Part shown: positions 17,285 through 26,877 of the stretch, one piece after another | How the letters are laid out: the number at the start of each line of letters is the position of its first letter | Numbering within the stretch: the first letter of the stretch is position 1 | IMG/VR virus record: IMGVR_UViG_3300036792_000158 | Location: 1-57,504 of that record | DNA: 57,504 nt | Source of the DNA: a virus | Taxonomy: Duplodnaviria; Caudoviricetes | Direction: 5' to 3' (one strand) | Program-made: the position numbers and the translations under genes | The notes under the pieces: generated by a model | Seen by the model: only the letters and a program-made list of their open reading frames with translations | Databases searched by the model: none | Told to the model about the DNA's origin: nothing

Positions 17285-17844
17285 ACGAGTTGCGCTGGCG
17301 CTTCATCTTGGGCGGTCACAAATGGCTGCCTGACGTCGGATCGGAAGCTATCGCGTGGTTTTCCGCGAACCCGCTCAGCCACGTCGACCAGATAGTACCG
17401 GATGGCATTTCGTGGGCACGCGAAGGCTGGATGCTCGGCGCCCGTGCCGACGCGCTCGCAGGTCTGCCGGCCGGCTTCCGTCCGCGGCCGCCGAATTACA
17501 CGACGTTCAGCCGATGGGTCATCGTGAGCCTGCCGGTGACGGATCGCCAATACCAGCGCGCATGGGAATTCCACGAGGCCCAGCTTGGGAAGCCCTACGA
17601 CAGCACCGCGATCGTCGCGTTCCTCCTCAGCCGTGACTGGCGCCGCGACGATTCGTGGATGTGCTCGGAGGAGCAAACCGCAATGTGCGAGCACGCGGAG
17701 ATAATGCCCGCCGGCGAGCCGGCAGGGCGACATCTCTACTTCACGCCGAACAAGGTGACGCCGGCGCACTTCGCCTGCCTGCTCTCCGTATTGCCGGGTG
17801 TCGCGATCGAGCATTCGGCCGGGTTTGCGGGGAGAACCAAATGA
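17281..17844 (+). CDS. Permuted papain-like (YiiX/YebB-type NlpC/P60) protein
   Basis: SHV .. QLGKPYD .. WMCSE, His before Cys. Confidence 0.78.
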   Translation: MNELRWRFILGGHKWLPDVGSEAIAWFSANPLSHVDQIVPDGISWAREGWMLGARADALAGLPAGFRPRPPNYTTFSRWVIVSLPVTDRQYQRAWEFHEAQLGKPYDSTAIVAFLLSRDWRRDDSWMCSEEQTAMCEHAEIMPAGEPAGRHLYFTPNKVTPAHFACLLSVLPGVAIEHSAGFAGRTK

Positions 17845-18062
17845 GCACCGCCGATTTCATCGAACGCGCGCTTCTTACCGACCGGCGGAACGCGGCCGCC
17901 GTTCTCGACGAGATCAAGCCGCGGCTGAAGGCGCAGGGGTGCGTCTGGTTTCGGATGCACACGGCCAGCGACGCCAGCGGGTATCCCGTCTTTATTGTGG
18001 AGGGCTGGAAGGTCCGCCCGCCGCTTGACGGCGAAGGCCCGCTGCCGGAGCCCCAGCCGTGA
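17841..18062 (+). CDS. Hypothetical protein
   Basis: GGAG RBS and overlap with the upstream stop. Confidence 0.55.
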   Translation: MSTADFIERALLTDRRNAAAVLDEIKPRLKAQGCVWFRMHTASDASGYPVFIVEGWKVRPPLDGEGPLPEPQP

Positions 18063-18231
18063 CGCCGACCGTCGCGCTCGCGCTCGGGGTGGCCCTCGTT
18101 GCTGCCGCCGCCATTGCTGGGCTAAGCTGGTGGATCAATGTCGGATCGGCGCGCCGGCACTGGCGCCAGGCGCACGAGAAAACCGTGCGCGACTTCCGGC
18201 AGCAGTTCGGCCCCGACTGGACGCCCCCGGA

Positions 18232-18633
18232 ATGAGCACGATCCCGCCACCGCGCTACTTCCTGATGCGCCAGCGCCGCGACGGCCCGCTCGTGCCGGCC
18301 CGCCTGTGGTGGTGCGATCACGATCCGGCCGACCCCGACAACAAGCTCGACCGCGGGTATTCGCCCTATCCGCGCGCCGACATCGCCGGCCTCGAAGTCG
18401 ATCCCCAGCACATTTTCGACCGCACCATGAGCCAGACCGATCTGCGGCCCGGCGTGCCGGCGACGCACTGGAAGTACCCGCAGCCGATCACCGAGACCGA
18501 ATATCGCTATCAATTCGAGCGGATGCGCTGGGCCGAGCGAAACGCGCCGCAGGATCCGACACTGCGGCCGAAGGCGCCCGTCGATCCGCGCCAGGCACCG
18601 CTGCCGGATTTCAACAGGGAGAATGCCTTATGA
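18232..18633 (+). CDS. Hypothetical phage protein
   Basis: YFLMRQRRDGPLVPARLWW..PITETEY; protein-like composition. Confidence 0.65.
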   Translation: MSTIPPPRYFLMRQRRDGPLVPARLWWCDHDPADPDNKLDRGYSPYPRADIAGLEVDPQHIFDRTMSQTDLRPGVPATHWKYPQPITETEYRYQFERMRWAERNAPQDPTLRPKAPVDPRQAPLPDFNRENAL

Positions 18634-18800
18634 ACGGCCAGAACGAATTGACACCGGCCGAGCGCGCGCTGATGGCGCGCACCCTCTCCGCGGTAAAGCG
18701 CTGGTGGCTGACACCGCCGGGCTCGCCGCAGGAACAGCCGCACGCCGAGCAGCTGATCGACGCTGTGCAGGACTTAGCGCGCGAGGTCGATAAGCGATGA
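18630..18800 (+). CDS. Small hypothetical protein
   Basis: GGAG RBS and ATGA overlaps. Confidence 0.5.
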   Translation: MNGQNELTPAERALMARTLSAVKRWWLTPPGSPQEQPHAEQLIDAVQDLAREVDKR

Positions 18801-19063
18801 GCGAGGCGAAGATTTTCGCGTCTCTGAAACTCGGCGACCCGATCGATGAAGATCATTTCGTCGAATTCTTCATCGACCCGGCCGCCGGCGTGACGATTTG
18901 CTTTCCCAACGCGCCTACTGAAGCTCCGCAGCAGATCACTATTGCGACGAGCCAGTTCATCGACGCGATGCAGGGGTTCCTGCTGCTGTTGGGTCAGCTT
19001 CCGTCGCCGGCCGAGCCGGTGCGCGAGCGACGCCGCTTTTCGTTGCAGGAGAAGCCAGAATGA
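18797..19063 (+). CDS. Hypothetical protein
   Basis: GAGG RBS and ATGA overlap. Confidence 0.55.
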   Translation: MSEAKIFASLKLGDPIDEDHFVEFFIDPAAGVTICFPNAPTEAPQQITIATSQFIDAMQGFLLLLGQLPSPAEPVRERRRFSLQEKPE

Positions 19064-19175
19064 ACGTGTGCGCCATCTGCCAAAGCGAGAAATGCCCGGC
19101 CGCGTCCGACGACGGCGCCGAATGCACCGGCGGCATCGGGCCGCTGCCGGAAGGTGAATACGCGATCGTCGAGCT

Positions 19176-19529
19176 GTGCCGGAACCCGTGCTGATCGTCG
19201 ATCCGCGCAGCTGCAAGCGCCTGCAGGGCCGCAGCGTGCGCGAGTGCATCTGCAAGCTGCCGAACGAGGCGGGGTGGGCGCAGTGTCCCGAGGAGGCGCA
19301 GGGTCTCCTTGAGCCGGTTCCCGTCGACTCGCCGCCGCCGGCGCCCGCTGCCGCTGCCGCGAAGCCCGACGGCGAGCTGTTGATGGCGCCGAGCATTCAC
19401 GCCGTCGGCCGATCTGTGCTGCCGAGCCCGAGCGGCGAAATGTGCGAATCGTGCGGCAGCTTCAACACGGTGCGCACCGGCACCTGTGTCACCTGTCACG
19501 ACTGCTACCACGCGGGAGGCTGCGGATGA
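19176..19529 (+). CDS. Zn-ribbon protein
   Basis: C-terminal CESCG..VRTGTCVTCHDC..GGCG. Confidence 0.6.
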   Translation: MPEPVLIVDPRSCKRLQGRSVRECICKLPNEAGWAQCPEEAQGLLEPVPVDSPPPAPAAAAAKPDGELLMAPSIHAVGRSVLPSPSGEMCESCGSFNTVRTGTCVTCHDCYHAGGCG

Positions 19530-19762
19530 TCATCTATCGCTACACGATGCAACGCACAGCGGCCGACGATCAAAGCTGGGAAACCGAAACACTGGTGGTG
19601 TCGCCGGCTGACTTCGGCAGCATCGCCGACTTGGCGCTGCGGGACACCTTTCAGAAATTGACCAACGGAAAGGCCGTGTTCGGCTCCCCGGGCGTCGGGT
19701 GCAAAGGGCCGTACACGATCACAAAGCTGGTCGTCGAAAAGATAGCGGACGAGCCCGGCTGA
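19526..19762 (+). CDS. Hypothetical protein
   Basis: GGAGG RBS and ATGA overlap. Confidence 0.6.
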   Translation: MIIYRYTMQRTAADDQSWETETLVVSPADFGSIADLALRDTFQKLTNGKAVFGSPGVGCKGPYTITKLVVEKIADEPG

Positions 19763-20700
19763 TGGCTGAAAACCAGCTCCTCGCGGAAGCCGAGGGCACG
19801 CCCGATCTTGACGAGTTCGAGGGCATGTCGACGCGCGACATCGCCGCGTCGATCGCGCTCTGGCCCGACGGCAGCGAGGATCAGCAGCGCGCCCTGGCGG
19901 CGCTGCGGGCTCGCGCGCCCGGCATCGGCCATAACCGGCCTCCGCTCGACGAGACGATCGACGACGAGATCGCGCCGCTGCGGGCCCGCGCCACCGAGCT
20001 GATCGACGTCGCCGCGAAGGCGGTCATCATCGACGACGTGAGCGCCGGCAAGGTGACGGACCTGATCGCGATGATGCGCGGACTGGAACGCGATCTTGAA
20101 GCGGCGCGCGAGAAGCGGGTGCGGCCTTACATCGACGGCCAGCGCTTGGTGAACGCGAAGTTCTCGGCGGTGATGACGCCGCTGTCGGCGGCCCGCCAGG
20201 GCGAGAACGGCCGCGGCGGGCTCCGTGGCGCGCTGACCGCCTATGACGACAAGCGCGAGCGTGAGGCGGAAGCCGAGCGGCAGCGGCTACGGGCGGAAGC
20301 CGAGGAGCGTGAGCGCCAGGCGGCCGCCGCGAGGGAAGCCGCCCAGCGTCAGACCATCACCGGAGGTTGGAGCGTACCCGCCGAGCTGGAAGCCCTGCGC
20401 GCCGCAGATGAAGCGGCCCGGCTGACCGAACGGGCCGAGGCGATCAGGCCAGACCCGATCCGCTCCCATCTTGGTCAGGTGAACAGGCGCCGCGACGTCC
20501 GGTTCAACATCGAGAACTTGCGGCTGGCGCTGGGCTGGCTCGTGAAACAAGACGGGCTGCGGAACAATTTGACCCAGGCGGTCAACACGATCCTCGGCGC
20601 GCACTTCCGCGCGATCGGTGTCGATGCGGTCGAGCGGGGCGTCAGCATCCCGGGTGTCAGGGTGTGGATCGAGAAGGGAGCGGCGAATGTGCGTCGTTAA
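19762..20700 (+). CDS. Coiled-coil phage protein upstream of RecT
   Basis: GIGHNRPP, long charged helix, C-terminal IPGVRV. Confidence 0.75.
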   Translation: MAENQLLAEAEGTPDLDEFEGMSTRDIAASIALWPDGSEDQQRALAALRARAPGIGHNRPPLDETIDDEIAPLRARATELIDVAAKAVIIDDVSAGKVTDLIAMMRGLERDLEAAREKRVRPYIDGQRLVNAKFSAVMTPLSAARQGENGRGGLRGALTAYDDKREREAEAERQRLRAEAEERERQAAAAREAAQRQTITGGWSVPAELEALRAADEAARLTERAEAIRPDPIRSHLGQVNRRRDVRFNIENLRLALGWLVKQDGLRNNLTQAVNTILGAHFRAIGVDAVERGVSIPGVRVWIEKGAANVRR

Positions 20701-20883
20701 ATTGCCTGCCATAGCGCTGCTGTCGATGCCGCTACTGGCGCTGCTGCCGATGGCGGCTCTGCCGGCGCCGACGCACGTCGAACAGGCCGCGGCGCAGGTG
20801 TCGCGCGCAACGACGATGTTATTGCGATCAGCCGAAACCAACGACGTCGGCTGCGAACCGGGCATCAAATAGGAGGAGCAAAT

Positions 20884-22443
20884 ATGGCCGCACAGCAGCA
20901 GCAGCAACGGACGGATCGGCAGGTGGCGATCGTTCAGGAGCGCAACCGCGTCGCCCGCGAGATCAGCGACATCATCGAGGCCCGATCAGGGAATTTCGCC
21001 GACGTGCTGCCACCGCAAATCTCGGTGGACGAGTTCAAGCGAACGCTGCTGACCGCGATCAGCGGCAACCCCGATTTGATGTATGCCGACCGGCGCACGC
21101 TGATCAATTCGGCCGTGAAATGCGCCTCGGATGGGCTGCTTCCCGACGGCCGGCGCGCCGCGCTGGTGGTCTACAACACCAAGATCAAAGAGCGCGACCC
21201 GAACACCGGGCTCGACGTCGAGCGCCGGATCGACGCCGTTCAATATCTGCCGATGGTGTTCGGCATTCGCGAGCAGATGCGGAACAGCGGCGAGGTCGAG
21301 AGCGCCATCGCCGAGGCCGTACACAGGAACGATCAGTTCCGGTATCGGCTCGGCGACAACGCCTACATCGAGCACGAGCCGCCGCCGCTCGGCGAGGACC
21401 GCGGCGACGTGATCGGCGCCTACGCCATCATCAAGCTGCGCAGCGGCGAGATCATCCGCGATGTGATGGACAAGGCGCGGATCGAGAAGGCGCGACAGCA
21501 GAGCCGCGCCAAGGACTCGCTGATGTGGACGCAGTTCTACGGCGAGGGAGCCTGCAAGACGGTGCTGAAGCACGCTTCCAAGCAAGCGCCGCTGTCACCG
21601 AAATTGATGCGGCTCGTCCATCGTGACGAGGAGCCGATGGAGCTGACCCACGGCATCGACGAGCGGCGCGAGATCGGCGACCAGCACCAGGCCGAGCCCG
21701 AGCCGACGCGAGACGCGGGCCCGCGCCTGGTCGACCAGGTGGAGACAGGCCCACAATTCGCCGTCGTCGATCTGGACGGGGTGGAGAACCTGTTCAGCGT
21801 CGGCGGGCGAGCCCTCGAAGCGATGACGCTTCTCCTCGACGAAGCCGCGAAGACCGGCCTGGCGCAGCTCGAGGGCTTCTGGGAGACGAACGGGCCGACG
21901 ATCGAGCTGCTGGCCGCGTCCGGGTTCGGCGACAGGGTCGAGGAACTGGCCCGCCGGTTCACCGACGCACGAGCGCAGCTCAGCGCGCCCCCACCCGCGG
22001 CCGCCCAGACCGCCACCAGCACCGGCACCGTGGCCGCCAGCGCGTCAGCATCGGCCCAACCCGGGGCAAGGCTCGGCCTCGGCGTGCCCGAGCAGGGCGG
22101 CCAGGCGCCGGCGTCTGCAGGCCAGGCGGCGCCGGCGGCCGCGGCGACCGCGGACACAGGGGCCGCTACGGGCGAGCCCGCCGGCGAGCAACAGCAGGGC
22201 AGCGCGGATCGGCCCGAGAACCTGCACATCCCGCCGGTGATGAAACAGGGCAAGGCCGACTGGCGCACCTGGGCGGTGGCGCTGTTCCTGCCGAAGCTTC
22301 GTCGCCAGCGGGATCCTGTGATGCTCGCCTACCTCCTCGGTGACAACGAGGAGAACCTGGAACAAGCGCGGGCGACGCTGGGCAAGGATGATCTGGAAGA
22401 ACTGACCCGCGCCATCGCGCTGCAAAAACAGGCCGCATCCTGA
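20884..22443 (+). CDS. recT: RecT-family single-strand annealing protein with long C-terminal extension
   Basis: CASDGLLPDGR..QYLPMVFG..IGAYA..W..KTVLKH..K.APLS; AGGAGGAG RBS. Confidence 0.88.
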   Translation: MAAQQQQQRTDRQVAIVQERNRVAREISDIIEARSGNFADVLPPQISVDEFKRTLLTAISGNPDLMYADRRTLINSAVKCASDGLLPDGRRAALVVYNTKIKERDPNTGLDVERRIDAVQYLPMVFGIREQMRNSGEVESAIAEAVHRNDQFRYRLGDNAYIEHEPPPLGEDRGDVIGAYAIIKLRSGEIIRDVMDKARIEKARQQSRAKDSLMWTQFYGEGACKTVLKHASKQAPLSPKLMRLVHRDEEPMELTHGIDERREIGDQHQAEPEPTRDAGPRLVDQVETGPQFAVVDLDGVENLFSVGGRALEAMTLLLDEAAKTGLAQLEGFWETNGPTIELLAASGFGDRVEELARRFTDARAQLSAPPPAAAQTATSTGTVAASASASAQPGARLGLGVPEQGGQAPASAGQAAPAAAATADTGAATGEPAGEQQQGSADRPENLHIPPVMKQGKADWRTWAVALFLPKLRRQRDPVMLAYLLGDNEENLEQARATLGKDDLEELTRAIALQKQAAS

Positions 22444-22570
22444 TGACCGTCTACGACTTCATTCACTGCGCCGGCTATTGGGCCGCTCGCCCGCGATGGT
22501 TTCATCGGGGTCCGGGCAAGGGGTTCTGCAACTTCCTGTTCGCCTATGACAAATGGAAAGGCGGCGAGTG

Positions 22571-22795
22571 ATGGCCGAGCTGTTCGCGCCGTCGCTCGCC
22601 GATCAGATCGCGTGCGTCGAGCGCGAGATCAGGATGCGCGAGCAGGTGTATCCGCGTCGCGTCGGCGATCGGAAGATGAAACAGGAAGCGGCCGATCGCG
22701 AGATCGCCGCCATGCGGGCCGTGCTCGACACTCTGCTAGCGGTGAAAGACGGCAGCATCGTCGCGCGCGTCGTCATGTACCGTTCGAGCAGCTGA
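22571..22795 (+). CDS. Hypothetical phage protein
   Basis: QIACVEREIRMREQVYPRRV; overlaps the next start. Confidence 0.7.
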   Translation: MAELFAPSLADQIACVEREIRMREQVYPRRVGDRKMKQEAADREIAAMRAVLDTLLAVKDGSIVARVVMYRSSS

Positions 22796-23250
22796 TGCTG
22801 TACGGCTTCAAAAAGCAATTTGTCGATCCGATCCTCGACGGCCGGAAGGGCGGCACGATCAGAGTCACCCGGAAGGGCGGCGGCGATCGGCCGGGCGGGC
22901 ACGCGCGGCCGGGCGAGACGCTGCATCTGTACTACGGGCTCCGCACGCGCCAGTGCACGAAGATCACCGAGAAGATGTGCATCGGCAGCGTGCCGATCGC
23001 GATTCATTTCGACCCCAAGCCGCTCGTCCATATCGCGCTGTCGGAGCAGCGCAAGATGTTCTTCTCGACGCCGGCCGAGCTGGACGCGTTCGCGGTGTTC
23101 GACGGTTTCGCGGCATTCGAGGAGCTGGCCGCGTTCTGGCGGGCGACGCACGGCCCGGTGAAGATTTTCGACGGATGGCATATCCGCTGGCTGCCGCTGC
23201 CCGGCGAGAACGAGCCGCCCTGGATCCTGCCGCTGGAGTCGACTCGATGA
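22795..23250 (+). CDS. ASCH/PUA-like protein
   Basis: FKKQFVDPILDGRKGGTIR..PGETLHLY..FAVFDGF. Confidence 0.75.
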   Translation: MLYGFKKQFVDPILDGRKGGTIRVTRKGGGDRPGGHARPGETLHLYYGLRTRQCTKITEKMCIGSVPIAIHFDPKPLVHIALSEQRKMFFSTPAELDAFAVFDGFAAFEELAAFWRATHGPVKIFDGWHIRWLPLPGENEPPWILPLESTR

Positions 23251-23462
23251 GATGCGAAGACTGCCGCGGCGTCGGCAGCATGCGCGTCATGCCGCCGTGG
23301 CGACCCATAGAAGACCCGTTCCGAGACCCGCGCGTGATCGACACCGCAAGGCTGTTGGAACCGCCGCCGATCACCGTTCCGTGCCCGAGCTGCGGCGGCA
23401 CCGGCACCGCATCGTGCTGCGAGGGTGCCGTCGGGCTCGCCGGCGACGTGACCAATGGCTGA
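23247..23462 (+). CDS. Small Zn-finger protein
   Basis: CEDCRG..CPSCGGTG. Confidence 0.6.
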   Translation: MRCEDCRGVGSMRVMPPWRPIEDPFRDPRVIDTARLLEPPPITVPCPSCGGTGTASCCEGAVGLAGDVTNG

Positions 23463-25170
23463 TTACCCGATCCCCGACGCCTCGTTCGCGAGCCATATCG
23501 CGATGCTCGGTAAGACCGGCAGCGGCAAGTCCAACGCCGCCGCCACGCTGGTCGAGCGGCTGCTGTCTCGCAAGGAACGCGTCTGCATCATCGATCCGAC
23601 CGATCGCTATTGGGGGCTGCGCCTCTCGGCCGACGGAACGAAGCCGAGCCGCTTTCAGCCGGTGATCTTCGGCGGCGCGCACGGCGATCTGCCGCTGGCG
23701 GAACAGCACGCGCGCACCATCGCCGAGGTTGTCGGCACGACGACGACGCCGACGATCATCTCGACGCGCATGATGACGGTGGGCGAGCGCACGCGCTTTT
23801 TCACCGGCTTCGCGGAGACGCTGTTGCGCACGAATCGGGGCGCGCTGCATCTGGTGATCGACGAGGCGCATCTGTTCGCGCCGCAGCAGGGCGCCAGCGG
23901 TGGTCGGGATCTTCCGGCGCTGCTGCACGCCACGAACAATCTGGTGAGTCTCGGCCGGGGCATCGGGCTTCGGATCACGCTCATTTCGCAGCGGCCGGCG
24001 AAGCTGCACAATGACTCGCTCGGCCAGGTCGAGACGCTGATCGCCTTCCGGCTGCTGCTGCCACACGATCGCTTCGCCGTCCGATACTGGATAAAGGAGT
24101 GCGCTGATGAGAAGATAGGCGCCGACCTGCTGGCATCGCTGCCGTCGCTGCGCACCGGCGAGGCGTGGGTCTGGGCCCCCGGAGCCGACGTTCTGGACCG
24201 TGTTCATTTCCCGCTGGTTTCCACCTTCGACAGCGGCAAGCCGGTGCCTGACGGCCAGGGCCCGACGCTGGCGCCGATCGACCTAGCGGCGCTGCAGGGC
24301 CAGCTTGAAGCGGTTGCGAGCGAGGCGCTGGCGAACGATCCCGCTAGGCTGAAGCGCCGCATCGCCGAGTTGGAAGCCGAGGTTCGCCGGCGACCCGTGA
24401 AGCCCGAAAATCTCGACCAGGTGCTCGCGGCGCACGACGAGGGCTATCAGCAGGGCTACCGACAGGGCCGGGCCGAGCAGCTCGCCGAGGACGAGCGGCG
24501 CATCCGCGACCGCCAGGCGGCGATCGAGGCGGCCGCCAGGGCGCTCCATCTGTTCATAGGCCCCAACGCCGACGACGCGCCGGCGGCGATCCAGGCGCCG
24601 CCATCGAGACCAGATCGGCACGGCTCAGCCGAGGGCGCGTCCCCGCGCGTCCAGCCGAGGCGAACCCCACCGCCGAAGCGCCGATCTGGCCTATCGCTGA
24701 ACGGCGGCGAGTCGACTCAACTGCCGAAGGGCGAGCGCGCGGTCCTGATCGCCATCGCCCAGCACCCGATCGGCGTTACGCGCCAGCAGCTCACGCTGTT
24801 GACCGGCTACAAAAAGTCGAGCCGTGACGCCTATGTCTCGCGACTTGCGGCGAAGAATTTTGTCATCGCCGACGTCGGCCGCTTCTTCGCGACCGCGGCG
24901 GGGATCGCCGCACTCGGCGATGATTACGAGCCTCTTCCGACCGGCGACAATCTGCGCGCCTGGTGGATCGACAGGCTGCCGGAAGGCGAGCGGAAGGTGT
25001 TGGAGACGATCGTCGGCTATTATCCTGATCTGGCGGAACGCGACGAGATCAGCGACGCCACCGGCTATAAGAAATCGTCTCGGGACGCGTATATCTCGCG
25101 CCTGGCCGCCCGCGAGCTGGTGATCGCGACGCGCGAGGGCGTGCGCGCCGCGGAGGAGCTGTTCGGATGA
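23455..25170 (+). CDS. HerA/FtsK-like (DUF87) ATPase with two C-terminal wHTH-like repeats
   Basis: GKTGSGKS, IIDP, LVIDEAH, SQRP; TGYKKSSRDAY twice. Confidence 0.85.
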   Translation: MADYPIPDASFASHIAMLGKTGSGKSNAAATLVERLLSRKERVCIIDPTDRYWGLRLSADGTKPSRFQPVIFGGAHGDLPLAEQHARTIAEVVGTTTTPTIISTRMMTVGERTRFFTGFAETLLRTNRGALHLVIDEAHLFAPQQGASGGRDLPALLHATNNLVSLGRGIGLRITLISQRPAKLHNDSLGQVETLIAFRLLLPHDRFAVRYWIKECADEKIGADLLASLPSLRTGEAWVWAPGADVLDRVHFPLVSTFDSGKPVPDGQGPTLAPIDLAALQGQLEAVASEALANDPARLKRRIAELEAEVRRRPVKPENLDQVLAAHDEGYQQGYRQGRAEQLAEDERRIRDRQAAIEAAARALHLFIGPNADDAPAAIQAPPSRPDRHGSAEGASPRVQPRRTPPPKRRSGLSLNGGESTQLPKGERAVLIAIAQHPIGVTRQQLTLLTGYKKSSRDAYVSRLAAKNFVIADVGRFFATAAGIAALGDDYEPLPTGDNLRAWWIDRLPEGERKVLETIVGYYPDLAERDEISDATGYKKSSRDAYISRLAARELVIATREGVRAAEELFG

Positions 25171-25415
25171 GCGCTTCGGAAACGGGGGCGACTTGGAAGC
25201 TTCGAGCCAGGGCGGCGCGTCTAACGAACGTGTTTATTGGCGAGGCGCTCGGCTACGCAAACAGAGCGAAGATCGCGCAGGCGTGGTCATGGGAAAAGAC
25301 ACCCATCGCCATCAAGCTGTTCATCGTGCTCGCAGAGCGGGTTTCGCCCCGAGAACTGGCCGAAATCATTGCTGCCCTCCATCGCGATGAACGAGAACGA
25401 TCCCGACGAGACTGA
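25167..25415 (+). CDS. Hypothetical protein
   Basis: GGAGGAG RBS and ATGA overlap. Confidence 0.5.
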   Translation: MSASETGATWKLRARAARLTNVFIGEALGYANRAKIAQAWSWEKTPIAIKLFIVLAERVSPRELAEIIAALHRDERERSRRD

Positions 25416-25498
25416 GGGCAGGAAGCTCTATAGAGCCGCGGCCGACGCGCTGGCGCGCGCGCAGATCGCGATGGCCGGCCGGCGCGTTGAGATGACCG

Positions 25499-25936
25499 CT
25501 AGCCGTCGCGATCCTTCGGATCCCACTCCGCCACCCACTCGCGGCGCACCGTCCCGCCCTCGGCGGCGAACTTATCCCAGCCGGTGAAGGGCGGAACCTG
25601 GACCCCCTGCTTTCGCAGCAGATAGGCCATGTGCTGGGTATAGAGCACCAGGTTGTTCGTCAGATGCCGCCAGCGCGAGTCCAGCGCCTCCATGTCGGCA
25701 CGGTAGCGATCGACAAGATCGCGTTCGCGGGAGCCCGCCGCATCAAGCCGCGTTTCGAGGTCGGCGACGCGATCCACCAGCTCCGTCACGAATTTTGCCC
25801 GCACGCTGATTTCGGTCTGATCGGCCTGTTGACGGTCGGTTCGTCGGCCGGCGAGACGCGTGGTGATGTACGTGGTAACGGCGGCAACGATCACTGCCAG
25901 AACCGTCGCGATGGCCGTGTATCTGTTGTCGCCCAC
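25499..25936 (-). CDS. Membrane-anchored coiled-coil protein (lysis cassette)
   Basis: N-terminal TM followed by heptad repeats. Confidence 0.65.
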   Translation of the reverse strand: MGDNRYTAIATVLAVIVAAVTTYITTRLAGRRTDRQQADQTEISVRAKFVTELVDRVADLETRLDAAGSRERDLVDRYRADMEALDSRWRHLTNNLVLYTQHMAYLLRKQGVQVPPFTGWDKFAAEGGTVRREWVAEWDPKDRDG

Positions 25937-25937
25937 A

Positions 25938-26378
25938 TCAAGTCTGCCCTGGCATGCCCGGCGGCGGCAGGCCAAGCGCGCCTCGCCGGATGATCCAGAC
26001 GGAAGCGATAATCCCCATAAGGCACCAGGGGTTCACCCCGGCCGCGATCCAGCCGATCAGGATGTTTTTCGTCAGAATGTAGACCCAGACGCTCATGCCC
26101 ATCGCGGCGCCGGCGATCCTGAAAAACCGCGAGCACGGATAGCCGGCATGATTGAGGGCCAGCCCCAAGAAGGACGTCCCGCCGGCGAGAAAAAACGGCA
26201 GAGCCAAGACCAATTTCGGCAGATTGACATCGTTGATCGCCAGCATGAAGACGGGCCAGGGCGACGCCGCGATCATCAGGGCGTATTGCAGCTTCACGAA
26301 CGCGAGCGCGCTTTCGAGAGCGCGCCCGTGTCCGAGATAGGCGTTGAGCGCGGCGAGGAGAGCCGCCAGTCGCCGCAT
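25938..26378 (-). CDS. Multi-pass membrane protein (lysis cassette)
   Basis: About four hydrophobic helices. Confidence 0.65.
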   Translation of the reverse strand: MRRLAALLAALNAYLGHGRALESALAFVKLQYALMIAASPWPVFMLAINDVNLPKLVLALPFFLAGGTSFLGLALNHAGYPCSRFFRIAGAAMGMSVWVYILTKNILIGWIAAGVNPWCLMGIIASVWIIRRGALGLPPPGMPGQT

Positions 26379-26383
26379 CCGGC

Positions 26384-26632
26384 CTAGCGCGGAACGCCGC
26401 GAGCTGCCTGTTTGCCGGCAACGTCCTGCACGATCGCCGCGATGGCATCGCTTGCCAGCCCGACGCAGGCGGGCGAGCCGGCCGCCACCGACAGCAGCTT
26501 GATGGGATCGCTGGTGCCGGAACCGAGAAGCGCTGCAGCGCAGCCCGTCGCATCGCTCTGCTGTGCCGCACAACCGGCGACGGCCGGCGCCAGCGCGGCG
26601 ACGATCAGGAGGGATCGCATGGTTTTGGTCAT
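26384..26632 (-). CDS. Lipoprotein, spanin candidate
   Basis: Lipobox AVAGC after a signal peptide. Confidence 0.65.
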   Translation of the reverse strand: MTKTMRSLLIVAALAPAVAGCAAQQSDATGCAAALLGSGTSDPIKLLSVAAGSPACVGLASDAIAAIVQDVAGKQAARGVPR

Positions 26633-26877
26633 CACATGGCCTTTGCGGGGGAGGCGATCTGTTTCGTCGCCCGGAGGCGGCCCCAGATCGCGACAAGGCC
26701 ACCCACGATCGTCATGGCGCTGGTGACGACGGTAACGCCGCTCGTGATCAGGTTCACCAAGGCTGCCTGATCGCTGGGCGACATCGTGTACCCGGCGAGC
26801 TGCGCCGCGCCGGCGAGGACCGCCACGCCGGCGCCCCAGATCGTGACGGACGCGGCCGCGGACTTCGTCTCGTTCAT
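26632..26877 (-). CDS. Putative holin (2 TM)
   Basis: 81 aa, two TMs, basic tail IWGRLRATK; directly after the endolysin. Confidence 0.65.
   Translation of the reverse strand: MNETKSAAASVTIWGAGVAVLAGAAQLAGYTMSPSDQAALVNLITSGVTVVTSAMTIVGGLVAIWGRLRATKQIASPAKAM

Noticed and set aside
19060-19194. 44-aa Cys-rich ORF, possibly a truncated gene
   Set aside because: Too short to support without a homology search.
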